A stretch of 24,000 nt of DNA from Candidatus Saccharimonadota bacterium (GTDB taxonomy: Bacteria > Patescibacteriota > Saccharimonadia > Saccharimonadales > SZUA-47), in contig JAGQMY010000047.1 in NCBI GenBank assembly GCA_020428465.1, forward strand, positions 1 through 24,000, written 5' to 3'. The notes below the pieces were generated by a model that worked only from the letters and a program-made list of their open reading frames with translations, was not told the DNA's origin and ran no database searches. This document shows positions 22,341 to 24,000 of this stretch, piece by piece (position 1 is the first letter of the stretch; the number at the start of each line of letters is the position of its first letter). Position numbers and translations under genes: made by a program.

Positions 22341-22832
22341 TTACAAAACCTGGATTTTCTTAATCGTGTCTTGTTTTAGCTTCGTAAACGAAATAGTTAG
22401 GACACCGTCTTTAAGCACGGCTTCAATCTCATCTTCTTTTACTGGTACAGGCAGTGCAATACTCCTGCTGAATTCACCCCAATAACATTCCTGCACAAAG
22501 TAGTTCTCTACCCCGGCCTCTTCACCAGCGGATAATGTTCCTCTAATGCTGAGAGTATTGTCTGCGATACTAACATCTAAATCGTTTTTGTTTACGCCAG
22601 CGGTTCTTGCCTTAACCACCAACTTTTCTTTGGTTTCGAATACATCAACTGCAAGTTGACCAGGAACGGCTTCTTCCTCATCCCAATCTTCTTGCACAGG
22701 TGCCTCATCCATCACCATGTCTTCTTCGACTTCCGGCATTGCTGTCATTGGCGTATTATCTTCTTCACCTAGAAAAGCAGCCGTAAGTTCATCTTCCAAG
22801 AGTAAATCATCGTCTCGAGATTTTCTCGCCAT
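22341..22832 (-). CDS. hsp20: Small heat-shock protein, Hsp20/alpha-crystallin family
   Basis: Alpha-crystallin core GQLAVDVFETKEKLVVKARTAGVNKNDLDVSIADNTLSIRG...FSRSIALPVPVKEDEIEAVLKDGVLTISFTK, preceded by an acidic N-region. The track ORF extends to 22901. AAGGAGG (22847-22841) is 8 nt upstream of the ATG at 22832 (MARKSRDD) and only 2 nt from the ATG at 22838, so 22832 is preferred. Confidence 0.9.
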   Translation of the reverse strand: MARKSRDDDLLLEDELTAAFLGEEDNTPMTAMPEVEEDMVMDEAPVQEDWDEEEAVPGQLAVDVFETKEKLVVKARTAGVNKNDLDVSIADNTLSIRGTLSAGEEAGVENYFVQECYWGEFSRSIALPVPVKEDEIEAVLKDGVLTISFTKLKQDTIKKIQVL

Positions 22833-23054
22833 TTTCATTCCCTCCTTAAAAAATAGAGCTTGTATGGGACAACCTGTTTTGGGTTGCCCCGAGACATTCA
22901 AGCGTGTTTATGTTAAAGATAGTATAACTGAGAAAGACTGCAATGAGCAACATTGTCAAACTTATTTACAACATAATAAAGACAACGGACTGCACATTTA
23001 CGCAAAACCCTATTTACTTTTTTAGATTATATTTTATCGTGTCATAATGCGACT

Positions 23055-23723
23055 ATGAATATTGTCGATAAATTAGTTGGATTGATTGCACCTAATATAT
23101 GTTTTGGGTGCGGTGCGGAAGGCAGTGTGTTATGTGCAGATTGTACTGAGCTTTTCTATAACCCTATCGTGTCTAGGTGTGCCAGCTGTAGAACACTGAC
23201 TGATGATTTTAAAGTTTGTAAAACCTGTAGGTCATGGATGCCAATAAAATCCGTCTACGTAGCATTGGGTTATGACGGGCTTGCCGAGAAACTCATACAT
23301 GCTTATAAATTTGATTGCCAGAGACAAGCGTCTACCCCGATGGCTGATATCATGACTAAAAATTTCTCATTTAATGATGTACTTGTTTGTCCTGTGCCAA
23401 CAGCCCCGAAACGAATAAGGGAGCGAGGCTTCGACCATGCACTACTGCTTAGTAAAAATATCGCTAAAAAACTCGAACTAGAACACAGACAACTGCTAAG
23501 TAGAAGAGATAATATCAGACAGCTTGGTTCAGGTAGAGCTCAAAGAATTAGACAGATGAAGGATGAATTTGAGGTCAATTCAGATGATATTTCTGGTAAG
23601 AAAGTATTACTTATAGATGATGTTGTGACTACTGGAGCTAGCTTAGCGGCTGCTGCTAGAGTTCTAAGAGATGCAGGTGCAAAATCGGTTTCGGCACTGG
23701 TGTTCGCACAAAAGAACAGATAA
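23055..23723 (+). CDS. comFC: ComF-family protein (ComFC-type phosphoribosyltransferase-fold competence protein)
   Basis: 222 aa. N-terminal four-Cys zinc-finger-like CFGCG....LCADC plus CASC...CKTC. C-terminal PRTase motif KKVLLIDDVVTTGASL. Confidence 0.85.
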   Translation: MNIVDKLVGLIAPNICFGCGAEGSVLCADCTELFYNPIVSRCASCRTLTDDFKVCKTCRSWMPIKSVYVALGYDGLAEKLIHAYKFDCQRQASTPMADIMTKNFSFNDVLVCPVPTAPKRIRERGFDHALLLSKNIAKKLELEHRQLLSRRDNIRQLGSGRAQRIRQMKDEFEVNSDDISGKKVLLIDDVVTTGASLAAAARVLRDAGAKSVSALVFAQKNR

Positions 23724-23728
23724 AAAGA

Positions 23729-23983
23729 TTATTTTTTTGCTAATTTTTTACTAAAAACAACAATTAAAATTCCACTGATTGCTATAACAGCACCCAAAAT
23801 CCACGTGAGATACGCTTCAGGACTAGAGTTACCAAAATCACTGCTTAGATATATTAGCCCAACAATAAAAACAGAGCTGATAGATAACAAGGCACCGAAA
23901 ATAACGATAAATATCCATCTACGTCTAAGCAAAGCCATTAGAGTCGGTACTATAACTGCTATTATTATTGCCCACACAAGCAA
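23729..23983 (-). CDS. Small hypothetical membrane protein (about 3 TM segments)
   Basis: 84 aa, almost entirely hydrophobic helices separated by RRRW and SSDFGNSSPE, with a KKLAKK tail. Its stop is 5 nt from the comFC stop (convergent). No homology recognisable by eye, and it lies close to the window edge. Confidence 0.4.
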   Translation of the reverse strand: MLVWAIIIAVIVPTLMALLRRRWIFIVIFGALLSISSVFIVGLIYLSSDFGNSSPEAYLTWILGAVIAISGILIVVFSKKLAKK

Positions 23984-24000
23984 GTCATCTAAATACTGTT

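Noticed and set aside
22833-22901. N-terminal extension of hsp20 to the ATG at 22901 (the 186-aa track ORF).
   Set aside because: The extension (MNVSGQPKTGCPIQALFFKEG) would be translated through the AAGGAGG SD and the upstream hairpin, and it has no SD of its own. The ATG at 22832 has ideal SD spacing.
22850-23054. CIRCE/HAIR-type heat-shock operator upstream of hsp20.
   Set aside because: No TTAGCACTC-N9-GAGTGCTAA-like inverted repeat is present. Only the short leader hairpin was found, and it is reported separately at low interest.
1-24000. Alternative genetic code with UGA recoded, as in some CPR lineages.
   Set aside because: Long ORFs are intact under the standard code, and TGA is used as a functional stop in ATGA-type coupled junctions (2993-2996, 5717-5720, 19535-19538).
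1-24000. CRISPR arrays, tRNA/rRNA genes and tandem or inverted repeat elements.
   Set aside because: Intergenic spacers are all 220 nt or shorter. By eye none contains periodic direct repeats, a T-loop (GTTCGAATC-like)/acceptor arrangement or rRNA-like sequence. A computational scan (tRNAscan-SE, Infernal, a CRISPR finder) would be needed to be definitive.

Overview
Moderately AT-rich bacterial chromosomal segment read in the standard genetic code, since TGA acts as a stop in several ATGA overlaps. It starts in the region upstream of dnaN, so it is probably close to the replication origin. dnaN-recF (+ strand) is followed by a ~16 kb tightly packed minus-strand gene train (18690 down to 2418). 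That train encodes a monoderm (Gram-positive)-type type IV secretion system (T4SS)-like apparatus. In transcription order it holds a TrbL/VirB6-like polytopic protein, a 600-aa soluble protein with an Arg-rich tail, and a PrgI/VirB3-like protein with a long low-complexity extension. These are followed by a 268-aa soluble protein, a VirB4 ATPase and a 1264-aa membrane-anchored SGNH + NlpC/P60 hydrolase. The train ends with a GH73-like + M14 peptidase fusion and three small bitopic membrane proteins. Seven tandem paralogous VirB2/TrbC-topology pilin genes (18804-22267) run divergently from it. The window ends with a bidirectional terminator, an Hsp20 small heat-shock gene, comFC and a small membrane ORF. 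No VirD4 coupling protein, relaxase, integrase, transposase, tRNA, rRNA or CRISPR array is visible. This gene content and architecture best fit a small-genome CPR/Patescibacteria (Saccharibacteria-like) organism, but that assignment is inference and was not checked against any database. All family calls come from motifs read by eye in the supplied translations.
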